DNA from: Leucoraja erinacea
Taxonomy: Eukaryota
Length of the DNA: 64,000 nt
Reading direction: 5' to 3'
NCBI RefSeq assembly: GCF_028641065.1
Contig: NC_073399.1
Coordinates: 32,736,001-32,800,000 of the forward strand
Below the pieces are notes generated by a model. That model searched no databases, was not told where the DNA came from, and was given only the letters and a program-made list of their open reading frames with translations. A program made the translations under genes and the position numbers. Position 1 is the stretch's first letter. Every line of letters starts with the position of its first letter. Shown piece by piece: positions 13,695 through 26,360 of this stretch.

Positions 13695-15240
13695 CACCTC
13701 CATCCCCCACCACGATGGTCTCACAGCCCTCCGGTTCTTCCTCGACCAGAGAAGCAACCCATACCCAGCCACTGACACTCTCCTCCGCCTAGCGGAGCTG
13801 GTCCTTACCCTCAATAACTTCACGTTCGACTCCTCCCACTTCCTCCAAATCCAAGGCGTAGCTATGGGCACACGCATGGGCCCCAGCTATGCCTGCCTAT
13901 TTGTAGGTTACGTTGAGCAATCCTTGTTCAATACATACCAGGGCCCCATCCCCAACCTCTACCTCCGCTACATCGACGACTGCTTTGGTGCCACCTCCTG
14001 CACCCGCACACAACTGACTGACTTCATCCACTTCACCACTAATTTCCATCCGGCACTGAAATACACCTGGACCATTTCCGACACTTCCCTACCATTCCTT
14101 GACCTCACTATCTCCATTGCAGGTGACAGACTTCTAACCGACATACACTACAAACCCACTGACTCCCATGGCTATCTTGACAACACGTCTTCCCACCCTG
14201 CTTCCTGTAAGGACTCCATCCCCTACTCCCAATTCCTCCGTCTACGCCGCATCTGCTCCACGGATGAGGCGTTCCACACCAGGACATCTGAAATGTCCTC
14301 ACTATTCAGGGAACGGGGGTTCCCCTCCTCCACCATAAATGAGGCTCGCACCAGGGTCTCCTCCATACCCCGCAACACTGCTCTCTCTCCCCATCCCCGC
14401 ACTCACAACAAGGGCCGAGTCCCCCTAGTCCTCACCTTTCACCCCACCAGCCGTCACATACAAAAAATAATCCTCCGTCAGTTTCGCCACCTCCAACGTG
14501 ACCCCACTACTCGCCACATCTTCCCATCTCCCCCCATATCTGCCTTCCGCAAAGACCGCTCCCTCCATAACTCCCTTGTCAATTCTTCCCTTCCCTCTCG
14601 GTCCACCCCCTCCCCGGGCACTTTCCCTTGCAACCGCACGAGATGCAACACTTGTCCCTTTACCTCCCCCCTCGACTCCTTTCAAGGACCCAAGCAATCG
14701 TTCCAGGTGCGACAGAGGTTTACCTGCATCTCTTCCAACCTCATCTATTGCGTCCGCTGCTCTAGATGTCAGCAGATCTATATCGGTGAGACCAAGCGGA
14801 GGTTGGGCGATCGTTTCGCCGAACACCTCCGCTCGGTCCGCAATAACCAAGCTGACCTCCCGGTGGCTCAGCACTTCAACTCCCCCTCCCACTCCGCCTC
14901 CGACCTCTCTGTCCTGGGTCTCCTCCATGGCCACAGCGAGCAGCACCGGAAATTGGAGGAACAGCACCTCATATTCCGTTTGGGGAGTTTGCACCCCCGG
15001 GGCATGAACATCGAATTCTCCCAATTTTGTTAGTCCTTGCTGTCTCCTCCCCTTCCTCAGCTCCCCTGCTGTCTCCTCCCACCCTCCAGCCTTCTGGCTA
15101 CTCCTCCTTTTCCCTTTCTTGTCCCCACCTACCCCTACCCCCGATCAGTCTGAAGAAGGGTTTCGGCCCGAAACGTTGCCTATTTCCTTCGCTCCATAGA
15201 TGCTGCTGCACCCGCTGAGTTTCTCCAGCTTTTCTGTGTA
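13695..15240 (+). mobile_element. Penelope-like retroelement, 5'-truncated, open RT + GIY-YIG ORF, with 3' terminal repeat
   Basis: GVAMGT and YLRYIDD (RT); NLIY..YIGET and RFAEH (GIY-YIG); 15-bp TSD ACAGGCAGACATGAG at 13680-13694 and 15241-15255; inserted inside a SINE. Confidence 0.95.
15150..15177 (+). ncRNA. Minimal hammerhead-ribozyme-like motif in the Penelope terminal repeat
   Basis: CUGAAGA-A-[GGGU UUCG GCCC]-GAAA-CG-UU. Penelope-like elements are known to carry minimal hammerheads. Stem I is weak and there is an extra A. Confidence 0.65.
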
Positions 15241-15469
15241 ACAGGCAGACATGAGTTCAATCCTGACCTCAGCTGATGTCTCTGTGGAGTTTACACTTTC
15301 TCCTGGTGTTCCGGTTTCCTCCCACATCCCAAAGATGTACGAGTTTAGAAGGTTAAGTGGCCTTAGTTGAGATTAGTTCCATTTAATGTCACGTGTACCG
15401 AGGTACAGCGAAAAGCTTTTTTCTATCGTGCTATCCAGTCAGCAGACAGACTATACATGATTACAATCG

Positions 15470-16605
15470 TGTAATTTTTGACCATCTTACTCAGAGTCCC
15501 CCACTGCTGCGCAGGACAAGAGGATTTTTCCCATCGATGAAAAATAAAAGAGTTATTAGTGTTTAAAAAATGTTAAGATTCTCTCTCCTGAAGGCCACGC
15601 CCCTTCCGGAGGGACTATAAAACCCAAAAGTGTGGAGGTGCCTCAGTTTTCTGCAAGATGGGGGAGCGAGAGGTCATAATTCTCAGTCTGAGCTGTGAAT
15701 AACACTGATTACATGTCTACTAAACTGTGAGTGGTTTTACTCACCTGTCAGTGCCCTTAATGTGGTTTGAAAATGTAGTTTTAAAATGCAAAAGTATGTT
15801 TTGGTTTAAAAGTGCTAAAGCTGTGTTGCCTTTGGTTTAGAAAGTGCTAAAGCGAGCTGCCCTGCCTAATTAGAGCTGCCTTGCCTTCTATATAATTTAA
15901 AGTCTAATCTTGACCACTTCCTGTTTGCGCTCTATATTGATTTTAGAAAAAACCGCTACCACGTACTGCTGTGATTTTTGGCCATCTTACTCAGAGCCAC
16001 CCTGCGCTCATCAGGTGCTGAGGATTCTTCCCATCGATGAAAAATAAAAGAGTTATTAGTGTTTAAAAAATGTTGAGATTCTCTCTCCTGTCAATCACGC
16101 CCTGAAGGTCATGCCCCTTATGGTGGGATGGGGGGGGGGGACTATAAAACCCGGAAGTGTGGGCGTGGCTCAGTCTCTGCAATATGGGGGAGGGAGAGGT
16201 CACGACTCGCTGTCTTTAGTGGCCTTGCACCCTCCTTGAAATTATATGAAACTGCACTTGAATTTGGTGCCCTTGCACCCTGTATGAAATGAAATTTCAA
16301 GGAATAGCCGTGAGTCAACTGCGAGCCCACCAGCCGTGAGTGAGTGAGCTGCCAGCACAACAGGCTTGAGTGACTGAGCCACCAGCCCAAGAATCCATTT
16401 GGCCCACAATGTCCATACTAGCCCTCTGGAAACCAGTCCCTTCAGTGCACAACACCCATACTAGCTCTCCAGAACCCCCCCCCCCCCCCACTGGCCACCA
16501 ATATTGGAATTGGCGGAGAGGCGGAACATTGCGTTGGGGGACCAGCCCTCCCGTGTGATGCTAGGATGCAACGGGTCCCACTTAGTCTATAACGGGTCCC
16601 ACTTA
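15470..16605. mobile_element. Unclassified non-autonomous element with internal ~190-bp direct repeat
   Basis: 15472-15665 is repeated at ~15970-16200 (CCCATCGATGAAAAATAAAAGAGTTATTAGTG...); ends in tandem AACGGGTCCCACTTA. Confidence 0.5.
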
Positions 16606-17314
16606 TCCCTATAATTTGCCTCTAGTGTGAAGGAAGTGGATGGGAAGGTGGAATAACATAGAACTAGTATGAACGGGTGATCAATGGTCAGCATGGACTC
16701 AGTGGACTGAAGGGCCTGTTTTCATGTCTTATCTCTAAACCAAACTACAATAAATCTTAGCATGATGCTAAGGAGTGCAAGATAATTCCATTGCTCGCAG
16801 TGACTTGAGGCTAGAGGGTATTCTGGACCCATTCTATAGCATTCACAATAGCATTGGGCTATTGTGAGGACACTCATCATAGAGTCACACAGCATGGGAA
16901 CAGGCCCTTCATCCCAGCTTGTCCATGCTGACCAAAATACCACATCAAAGCTAATCTCATTTGCCCATGTTTGGTCCATATCCTTCCAACCTTCCCTATC
17001 CATATACCTGTCCAAGTGTCTTTTAAGAACATGATGATAAATCAGCAGAATTTATGCAAAAAATCTTCACTATAATCTCAGGTTTTATTAGCATGGGATG
17101 TACAGTACACATGAATATAAATTTGACAGTGTTTGGAGGGACATTGGACATAACACACCTTGTTTTCAGTTATTATTTTTCCAGGTTGCATGTACAACTA
17201 CTTGCCCACCTTTCATTCATCACTGTGTTAATCTCCCACTCTAACATGGTCCTAATACACTGTCAGCATAAAACAAGGCAGCATGTAGCTGTACCTGTGA
17301 CTCTTGTGGTCTAT

Positions 17315-18182
17315 GACTCTTGTAGGCGGCGCGACTCTCGTCAGCAGCGGCCTCTGCAGCCCGTCTGCGTTTTTATTATTTTTTGTCTATGTTTCTATGT
17401 AGTTTTTGTTATTTTTTGTTGGGGTGTGTGTGTGTGGGGGGGTGGGGGTGGTGTGGGAGGGAGGGGGTACTTTTAAATCTCTCCCTGCACGGGAGACCCG
17501 ACCTTTTCTTTGTTGGGTCTCCGTTGTCGTTGGGGCTGCAACGAGGAGCGGCCTCCAACAGGAGAAGACCGGGGACTCTGGTGCCGACGACTCACCTCAC
17601 CGTCGCAGAGCTGGCCGAGTCCGGAGCGGGTGGAGCGATGGTGGAGCGCTGCTGCTGCTGCGGCCCGACCTCCGGAGATTCTGTGGCTGCAACTGCGGGT
17701 CTGGTGGACGGCGGCACCGGGAGCCCGCGGGTCCCTGGAGGGAGACCGCTTTTCAGGGCTCTCGCAACGGCGACTTCTCCCGCCCGAGTTGCGGGGTCGA
17801 AGAGCTCCTGGAGCGGGGCCTGACATCACCGCCCCGTGCGGCTTGGAATGGCCGCGGGACTCTGCGAGCGCACGCCGGGGGGCTCTAACATCAAGACCCG
17901 GTGTGCGGCCTTGCACCTCCCGGCGTGGCTTTAATGGCCGCGGGACAATCTCCATCGCCAGCCGGGGGCTTTGACTTTGACTCTGACATCGGGGGGGGGG
18001 AGAGTGCAGTGGAGAGATAAGTTTATTTGGCCTTCCATCACAGCGATGTGATGGATGTTTATGTAAATTATGTTGTGTCTTGGGTCTATTTGTTTGTAAT
18101 GAATGGCTGCAGAAACGGCATTTCGTTTGGACCTCAAGGGGTCCAAATGACAATTAAATTGAATCTTGTATCTTTTATCTTG
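17315..18182 (+). mobile_element. GC-rich non-autonomous retroposon (hairpin-core family), flanked by 59-bp direct repeat
   Basis: Direct repeat 17256-17314 = 18183-18241; core CCTTCCATCACAGCGATGTGATGGATGTTTATG at ~18031-18063; tail hairpin, TGACAATTAAA and simple repeat. Confidence 0.8.
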
Positions 18183-18580
18183 TACACTGTCAGCATAAAA
18201 CAAGGCAGCATGTAGCTGTACCTGTGACTCTTGTGGTCTATTAAGTTAAGGCTGGGTGTTTGTCAGGCTGATGGGATAAGTCTGAACTTGGATTTAGAAT
18301 GCAAGAAAGAATGTCATGCTTAGACTTTCAACATTTGTCAATTTCATATTACAATAAAAAACATGTTGAAAATTGTCAAAAAACAAATTTAATGATAATG
18401 ATATTTTCTTCGTCATCAAAGATTTACAATGTTGCCAAGAAATTTGAGTAATCATATAGCAAAGGCTATCTTTCTTTTATACTTGAGTGACGCCTGATCA
18501 TAATCTTCTGAATGTCAAGTCTCTTCTTGTTATTTCAGCTCCGTTTATACACCCTTCATTCACTCTTCTTTTCTGAAGGA

Positions 18581-18699
18581 TCAGATCTCAGTCAATTGGC
18601 TTGGAAACAAGTAAAATATAATTAGCTGTTTGAATTGTGATTTATCAGTACTTTGAGCTGTGGTGGAAATATCGAGACATGATGATGTTGCTAATTTAC
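18581..18699 (-). CDS. IgSF receptor, tentative last coding exon (GKLATSSCLDISTTAQSTDKSQFKQLIIFYLFPSQLTEI*)
   Basis: Acceptor ..CCTATTATCATAATCATTCAG; phase 1 gives 39 open codons in unique sequence, ending T-E-I. An alternative acceptor at ~18600 would give a much shorter tail. Confidence 0.45.
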
Positions 18700-19920
18700 C
18701 TGAATGATTATGATAATAGGCAAGAGGGTTTTTCATATCCTAATCTAACACTTGTTTCAGGAATTTAACTTGATAAAATAATTTAGTTTGCAGATCATGT
18801 AAAGTCTTGTCACTTCAACTCTGTGCCATCTGTCACGAAATAAAGGGCAGCACAGCAGCGCAGCTAGTAGTGCTGTTGGCCCGCAGTGCCAGAGACCCAG
18901 TTGCGAACTTAACCTCGAGTGCTGTCTGTGTGGAGTTTGCACATTCTCCGTGTGGGTTGCCTCTGGGTGCTCTGCTTTCCTCCCACATCCCACAGATTGC
19001 ACTTTGGGAAGTCAAATGCAAGAGGAATGTATACAATAAATGATAGGACTCTTAGGAGCACTGATGTACAAAGGGGTCTTAGGGATAGACACAAAAAGCT
19101 GGAGTAACTCAGCGGGTCAGGCAGCATCTCTGGAGAAAAGGAATAGGGGATGTTTCGGGTCGAGACCCTTCTTCAGTCTTCAAGGGATCTTGAGGTGCAA
19201 GTTCATAGCTCCTCGAAAGTGACACACAGTAGTCAAGCTGGTAGAGAAGGCATGGTTCCCTTCATCGGTGATGATGTTGACAATTCAGGAAGTCAGGTTG
19301 TAACTGCGTAACATATTGGTGACGTTGCATTTGGACTATTGTGAGCAGGTTGTTGTTGCCGTACTGCAGAAAAGGAGAGGGGGTGTTGAAGAGGGTGAAA
19401 AATGGGCTTACCTAGATTCTGGATTGATTAGAGAATTTTCTAAATTCTAAAAGGAGAGATTGAACAAACATGATTGTTTTATCTGGAGCATTGAGGTTTG
19501 ATGGAGGTTGATAGAGGTTTATAGAATAATGAGCGGGTAAATAGTCAGTCTTTTTCCCAGTGTGCAAATGTCAAATACTTGAGGGTATAGCTTTAAGCTG
19601 AGAGAGGGATAGTTTAAAGGAGATTGACCAGGCAAGTTTTCTTAACACAGCCGTAAGTGCCTGGAGTACACAACCAGGGAAAGTGTTGGAAGCAACATTT
19701 AAGAGGTGTTTAGACAGGATTTGGTCAGGAAGAAAATGGACGGATATATACAATGGCTGATGGAATGAATTTAGATTGGCATCACAGTCTGTGCATACAT
19801 TGTTGGCCAAAGGGCCTGGTCCCATGCAACACCATTCCATGTGCTACGTTCTAATTAAAGGTAAAGAAGGCGCTCTTATTTGACATTGTAAAACATTTTA
19901 TTTTAAAAAAATTGACATAC

Positions 19921-19965
19921 CTATTAGATTTGACCGTGATGTTTCAGAAAATCTCCTCATCGATG
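19921..19965 (-). CDS. IgSF receptor cytoplasmic exon (ASMRRFSETSRSNLI)
   Basis: Acceptor GATTTTCTCTAAAG, donor G|GTATGT; 45 nt, phase 1-1, open frame, unique sequence. Confidence 0.7.
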
Positions 19966-20884
19966 CTTTAGAGAAAATCACAACATTATTATTCAAGTAA
20001 ATGTCAGGTTAGCAGTAGGTTAGAGTTGAAAGATTATTTCCTAGATAGCATTGCTTCATAAACATGCACCATGTCACACTCCTGTCTAACACCAAACTCT
20101 CGTCTTTTTTTAAACTCTAGATGTGTCTCGAGGTGTTAGGCGAATGGGCCAATGTAAGGCTAATGGAGTTTACTGTGGATAATCATTTACATTGGTACTT
20201 AAAACAGGAAGGCATTATTACTCGAGTCAATGATAGACTGGCAAAAGAAAATGTGCTGATGCCTGGTGTCCATGTGCACCAATTGTTGAGATTGAATCCT
20301 AGCGAGCCGCAGCCATGTGCCCAAAAACAGGCTGGGGTGGAATGGGAGAACTCGGAAACCACCCGGTGGGGAGGATGGAGAGAAACGGTGGCGGACACTG
20401 GATACAGGGCCCCTGTGAGGCACTGCCCATCCCAACAACTGGCCCGACTCACCCGCTGCGAGAGGAGGAGGATAGAAGGAGACGACGGCGGTTGCTGGAC
20501 CAAGGGCCCAGTAAGAAGAACTGGGGGTCTTATGTTCTGCTCCCTCAAGTTCCGTTGCGGGAAGCGCCCCCCCCCCCCCTCCCAAGAACAAGGGATAAGG
20601 CAGCGGTGCAAGGAGAGGGACATCGGATCGCGGGACGACACAGATTGAAACGATGGCTTTAACAAGCTTTTGTGGCCGGCTGCAGCAGGGACTGTAAGAT
20701 GGCATCAAAATGGCACCTCTTGCATACAACTAGTGCACTGTTCTACATTCTGTGTTAACTGGTAGATGGTGCTTATGTACGTGGATAATCTTGCTGAGTT
20801 TTATGCAAAAAATGTATTTCACTGTACCTGGGTACACATGACAACAAAGAAACATTGAACCATTGAAAGCAGCATTCAGTTTAG

Positions 20885-21190
20885 GTTAGTTTAGTTTAGA
20901 GATACAGCATGGAAACAGGTCCTTTGGTGCACCAAGTCCACACCGACCAGCGATCCCCGCTCATTAACACAAGCCTGCACACACTAGGGACAATTTACAC
21001 ATACACCAAGCCAATGAACATACATACCTGTTTGTCTTTGGAGTGTGGGAGGAAACTGACGATCTCGCAGAAAACCCATGCGGTCACGGGGAGAACGTAC
21101 AAACTCTAGACAGACAGCGCCCGTAGTCAGGATCGAACCCGGGTCTCTGGTGCTGCAAGTACTGTAAGCAGCATCTCTACCCATGCACCA
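20885..21190 (-). mobile_element. HE1-like V-SINE
   Basis: B box GGTTCGATCC, V-SINE-like core GAGTTTGTACGTTCTCCCCGTGACC, (AAACT)n tail. Further copies at about 13075-13330, 18845-18990, 21475-21915, 28990-29285, 29440-29655, 32325-32580, 32700-32950, 33540-33815, 34140-34345, 42635-42915, 54535-54700, 55215-55505 and 63420-63635. Confidence 0.85.
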
Positions 21191-21983
21191 CTGGCCAGCC
21201 ACCCACGTCGTGGCTGCTTCAGCTAGCAAGGCCTCCATTGCAAGAAAGTTTGAGTACAGGAGCAAGGCTGAACTGTGCAACTGCACAAGATCTGGCTGAA
21301 ATCCAATCTGTTTCATGTGCTATTTTGATCCCATTGATGTGAGCAGGAATGTGTTTGTTATGGAAGGATTGAGTGGTTGTTCACTAGACTGATTCCCGTG
21401 ATGGAGACATTGATGGGTGGGCAGAGAATAGGTTAGTCAGATCTATATTCACACAAGATTAGAATAAAGAGAAAATAGGTGGCTCAGTGGCACAGCGAGT
21501 GGAGCTGCTGCCTCACGGCACCAAAGGCCCGGGTTCAATTCTGACCTCGGGTGCTGTCTGTGTGGAGTTTGCACGTTCTCCATATAACCGTGTGGGTTTC
21601 CTCTGGGTGCTCCGGTTTCCTCCCACATCCCAAAGATGTGCAGGATTGTAGTTTAATTGGCCTCTATAAAAAAAATGTCGCATTGTGGCACCCATACATA
21701 ACGTGCTCCAAAAATAACAAGTTAACTCTCCATTTTATAGCTGGCTGCATATGATATAAATTCAGGAGATAACAGTGACAGGGACCAAGAGAAGTCTGTG
21801 TTGGAGAGTGGATGCAAAAGGGGGATAACATAGAACTAATGTGAACAGTCGATCGATGGTCGGCATGGACTAGGTGGGCCGAAGGGCCTGTTTTCATGCT
21901 GTATCATTAAACTAAATGATTCTTTGAAAACTGCTATGCAAAAATCAGTTTTTCCCTTTCAATTATCAGAATTAATAGTTTAC

Positions 21984-22124
21984 CTCGAGATGACCGTTTT
22001 TTGTAGTAAAACATTGCTGAGAATATCAGAAGCATTAAGAAAACCACGGATAGAATAAGACCAACACCAGTTCTCTCCCTGTCTTTTGATTTCTCCAATG
22101 CTGCTGTATTTGAGTACCCAGATC
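21984..22124 (-). CDS. IgSF receptor stalk + transmembrane exon (GSGYSNTAALEKSKDRERTGVGLILSVVFLMLLIFSAMFYYKKRSSR)
   Basis: Acceptor TTATTTTCTATTTCAG, donor G|GTAAAC; 141 nt, phase 1-1; ~22-aa uncharged hydrophobic helix followed by KKR stop-transfer. Confidence 0.88.
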
Positions 22125-22244
22125 CTGAAATAGAAAATAAATAATTAACGTGTCTCAAAAGGAAGAATATACTTTACTTTAGACTTTAGAGATGCAGCAG
22201 GGAAACAGGTCCTTCAGCCCACCTAGTCCGTGCTAACCCCATGC

Positions 22245-23070
22245 ATCTAGCACTCTGGTGCCAGGATAACAGCCTCCTCTTGAACATCAAAAAAACGAAG
22301 GAGCTGATCATGGACTTTAGGAGAGCACATCATCCGAGGACGTACACTCCATTGAGGATAAATGGGGATCCTGTGGATAGGGTGAACTGTTTTAAATATC
22401 TGGGAGTCCACATCTCCGAGGATATGACATGGGCATCACACGCCTCAGCACTCGTGAGTAAGGCAAGGCAGCGCCTTTACCACCTCAGGCAATTGAGGAA
22501 ATTCAGAGTGTCTCTGAGGATCCTCCAGTGCTTCTACGCAGCGGCGGTGGAAAGCATCTTGTCCGGGAACATTACCATCTGGTTTGGGAATTGCTCTGCC
22601 AAGGACAAGAAGGCTCTGCAGAGAGTAATGCGTTCAGCCGAACGCACTATGGGAACTTCACTCACCCCCCTGCAGGAACTATACAACAGGAGGTGCAACT
22701 CCAGAGTAAACAAAATCATGGGAGACCTCTTCCACCCCTGCAACGGACTGTTCCAGCTGCTACGGTCAGGCAAACGCCTCCGTTGCCATGCGGTGAGAAC
22801 GGAGAGGTTGAGAAGGAGTTTCTTCCCAGAGGCAATTCGCAATTACAGAGACTGTAAACGCCTATCTCACCAGGGACTAACTCTACAGAACGTTTTTCCT
22901 TCCATTATTTATTATGTAAAAGAATATGTGTGTTATGATTGTGTTTATAATTTGTTTGGTTGTTTTGTTGTTTGTCTTTTGCACAAAAGTCCGCGAGCAT
23001 TGCCACTTTCATTTCACTGCACATCTCGTATGTGTATGTGACAAATAAACTCGACTTGACTTGACTTGAC
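22245..23070 (+). mobile_element. Rex1/Babar-type LINE, 5'-truncated
   Basis: Near-identical to 8268-9184; (GACTT)n tail. Confidence 0.9.
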
Positions 23071-24274
23071 TAGCACTATTCTACACACCCAGGACAATTT
23101 ACAGAAGCACCTGGAGAAAACCCAAACTCCGTACAGACAACTACTGTCGTCAGGATCAAACCTGGGTCTCTGGTGCTGTAAGTCAGAAGCTCTACCACTG
23201 AACTGCTCTGATTTCTTCTTGATAAAGTAGATTTTATAATTTATTTATACAAGGCACTTGTGACACAGAATGGACAGGAATCTGAGACCAGGGAATAAGG
23301 ACAATACTAATGGAGACTCAACTCTGGATGACGGTTAAACCCAATGCGGGGCTCACTGAAATTCCATTGTAATCATAACTAACTTATGAAAATTATGTGT
23401 CCAGAAGCCTTGGAAAAAACCATGCCTCACATCAAGCAGCAAAGCTTACAGAGGAGGGGAGTCAGAGAGTGTGGAGGGCCCTTGGAGAGATACCCAGCAG
23501 GGGATGCAGAGAACGAAGGGGGACCTGGCTGGGGTGGGGGGTCACCGAGATCAAAGGGGGGGGGGATCCAGCGGAAGAGGGGAGTGGGCTGTTGCCACTT
23601 GCGGCTGCAGGCAGTTGATAGGACTGTTCGGCGCAGTTTTGTAACTTAGTCAGTGCCAAAACATGGCAACACTTGTGTACTGCCTCGGTGAAGTCTGCTA
23701 TATAATTTTACAAGGTTGTTTGCAAAACAAAGCATTTCACTGTATCGAGACATGTGCAACATTAAAGTATCATTGAATCATTGAGTATTCAACACTGTGA
23801 TTCTTCAGAGATGGAACTCAGTTTATAGCTTGAAGGATTTTCGGTTGACTCACTCTCTGCAATGAGTTTTATTTTATAGTCAAAGTTAACCTATTATTGC
23901 CTGATTGCAATTAGAGCAAAAAATGGCCTAAACATTTAACATTTTCATTATGTTTGCAACATTAAAGAACTAGTTCCAATCAAAATCATCGCATCGATAA
24001 TAATAAAAATAACATATAACTATGCAATGAAGGGTGGAACAGTGACTCAGCTGGTAAAACACTTCCAGTCCGAGCGGCGATGGGTCTTTCAATTAAATCC
24101 TAGCGCTTTGGCTCAACTGGAGAGACCTACATCAGGTAACGCCGTAGTGGTAGTTGACTCAATAGTGGGAGGTACGGATAGGAGATTCTGTGGAAACAGG
24201 CGAGATTCGAGGTGTTGCCTCCCTGGTGCCAGTGTTCAAGACATCTTGAATTGATTGCTGGGCATCCTCAAAGG

Positions 24275-25114
24275 CAGGGGTGGAAATCCCAGGGGGGTGG
24301 AGGGGCGGGGCAGGGGACACACGTCCCCCGGTTTTGAGAGGTGGGGGACGAACCCCCCCATTTTTTGTAATCCGGATTTTAAAACCCGGTGAAATCTTCG
24401 CTTTCCGCGAGACAGTGGGGGTGGGACTGCTGATCGAGGGCGCCGATTGGATGGGAGAGACGTGGGGGCGGGACATGATGATTCAGCGCGATCATTGGAG
24501 GAGGGTCCTGTCGGTCACAGGCGGAAGTGGAGGGGGGGGGGGTGGGGGGTGGGACTGAGGATAGAACGTGGTCATTGGAGGAGGGAGACGTGCCAAAACA
24601 CTCTTGGCAGCCCTGGACACCAACCTGCGCCTCATCCGCAGCCAGGATCGACCCCGGCTCTCCGGCGCTGCAATCGCTGCCGAACTGCCACTGGACCATC
24701 TCCAGGGGGTGGCCAGAGACGTCGGGAGTCAGACAGGAGCTGTGCCCCCAGGCCCATAGCCAGCACAGAGAAGCAGCGCTAAATCTAGCTCAACTCTGCC
24801 TGTCCTGCCAGGTTAACCTACAGCCCTGCCTGGATTTACGGGAAATATGGCCCAGGTTTACAGCCAGCGCGGAGAAGCAGGACTAGCTCCACGACTCCAG
24901 GCTGGTGTCTCGTCAGTCCAGGCAGGGCTGTAGGTTAACCCGGCGAGACAGGCAGAGTTGAGCTGCATTTAGCGCTGGATTGAGCTGAAATAACCGTTCA
25001 AAAGGCCCACGGCTGAAGCCTCTGAAGGCTCGCGTGTGAGTGAGTGTGCACATGCGCGCGCGGTCGCCAAGAAGTGGTGTCCCCCCCATATTTTGATAGC
25101 GATTTCCGTGCCTG
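24275..25114. mobile_element. Non-autonomous hAT element nested in CR1 ORF1
   Basis: TIRs CAGGGGTGGAAATC / GATTTCCGTGCCTG; 8-bp TSD CTCAAAGG / CTCAAGGG; internal ~60-bp inverted repeat 24773-24834 vs 24916-24978. Confidence 0.85.
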
Positions 25115-25485
25115 CTCAAGGGGGAAGGGGAGCAGCTGGAAGTGGTTGTGCAAGTTGGCACAAATGACGTTGGGAAGAAGAGGAAGGAGGTTCTGCAACA
25201 CGAGTTTAATGATTTCGGAAGAAGGCTGAAAAGCAGGACCTCTAGGGTGTTTATCTCTGAATTGCTTCCAGTACCTCATGCTGGTGAGGGCAGAAACAGG
25301 GAGATAGGGGATCTGAATGTACAGCTGAGGGGCATATGCAGGGGGCAAGGATTTTGATTTATAGACCACTGGGATCTCTTCTGGGGTAAGGGGGACTTGT
25401 ACCATAGGGATGGGTTACACCTTAACTGGAGGGGGACCAACATTCTGGCAAGTAGGTTTGTTAGTTCTGCACAGGGTGGGTTAGA

Positions 25486-26360
25486 CATAGAAACATCGAA
25501 AATAGGTGCAGGAGTAGGCCATTCGGCCCTTCGAGCCTGCACCGCCATTCAATATGATCATGGCTGATCATCCAACTCTGTATCCCGTACCTGCCTCTCT
25601 CCATACCCCCTGATCCCCTTAGCCACAAGGGCCACATCTAACTACCTCTGAAATATAGCCAATGATCTGGCCTCAACTGCCTTCTGTGGCAGAGAATTCC
25701 AGAGATTCACCACTCTCTGTGTGAAAAATGGTTTTCTCATCTCGGTCCTAAAAGACTTCCCCCTTATCCTCAAACTGTGACCCCTTGTTCTGGACTTCCC
25801 CAACATCGGGAACAATCTTCCTGCATCTAGCCTGTCCAACCCCTTAAGAATTTTGTAAGTTTCTATAAGATCCCCCCTCAATCTTCTAAATTCTAGCGAG
25901 TATAAGCCGAGTCTATCCAGTCATTCTTCATACGATAGTCCTGACATCTCAGGAATCAGTCTGGTGAACCTTCTCTGTACTCCCTCTATGGCAAGAATGT
26001 ATTTCCTCAGATTAGGAGTCAAAAACTGTACGCAATACTCCAGGTGTGGTCTCACCAAGACCCTGTACAACTGGAGTAGAACCTCCCTGCTCCTATACTC
26101 AAATCCTTTTGCTATGAATGCTAACATACCATTCGCTTACTTCACTGCCTGCTGCACCTGCATGCCTACTTTCTGAAGAAGGGATTCATCCCGAAACGTC
26201 ACCTATTTCCTTCGCTCCGTAGATGCTGCTGCACCCGCTGAGTTTCTCCAGCATTTTTGTGTACCTTCTGCCTACTTTCAATGGCTGGTGTACCATGACA
26301 CCCAGGCCTCGTTGCATCTCCCCTTTTCCTAATCGGCCACCATTCAGATAATAATCTGGG
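25486..26360 (-). mobile_element. CR1 family A LINE 3' portion
   Basis: LVRPHLEYCVQF and TRGHSL motifs; tail with a private TTTTCGATG variant. Confidence 0.9.
26174..26268 (+). mobile_element. 95-bp Penelope terminal mini-insertion starting at the hammerhead-like core
   Basis: 11-bp TSD TGCCTACTTTC (26163-26173, 26269-26279); (C)TGAAGAAGGGATTCATCCCGAAACGTC. Confidence 0.8.

Noticed and set aside
17383-18153. Several overlapping 140-226 aa ORFs
   Set aside because: Stop-poor GC-rich repeat; the ORFs are not conserved between family copies.
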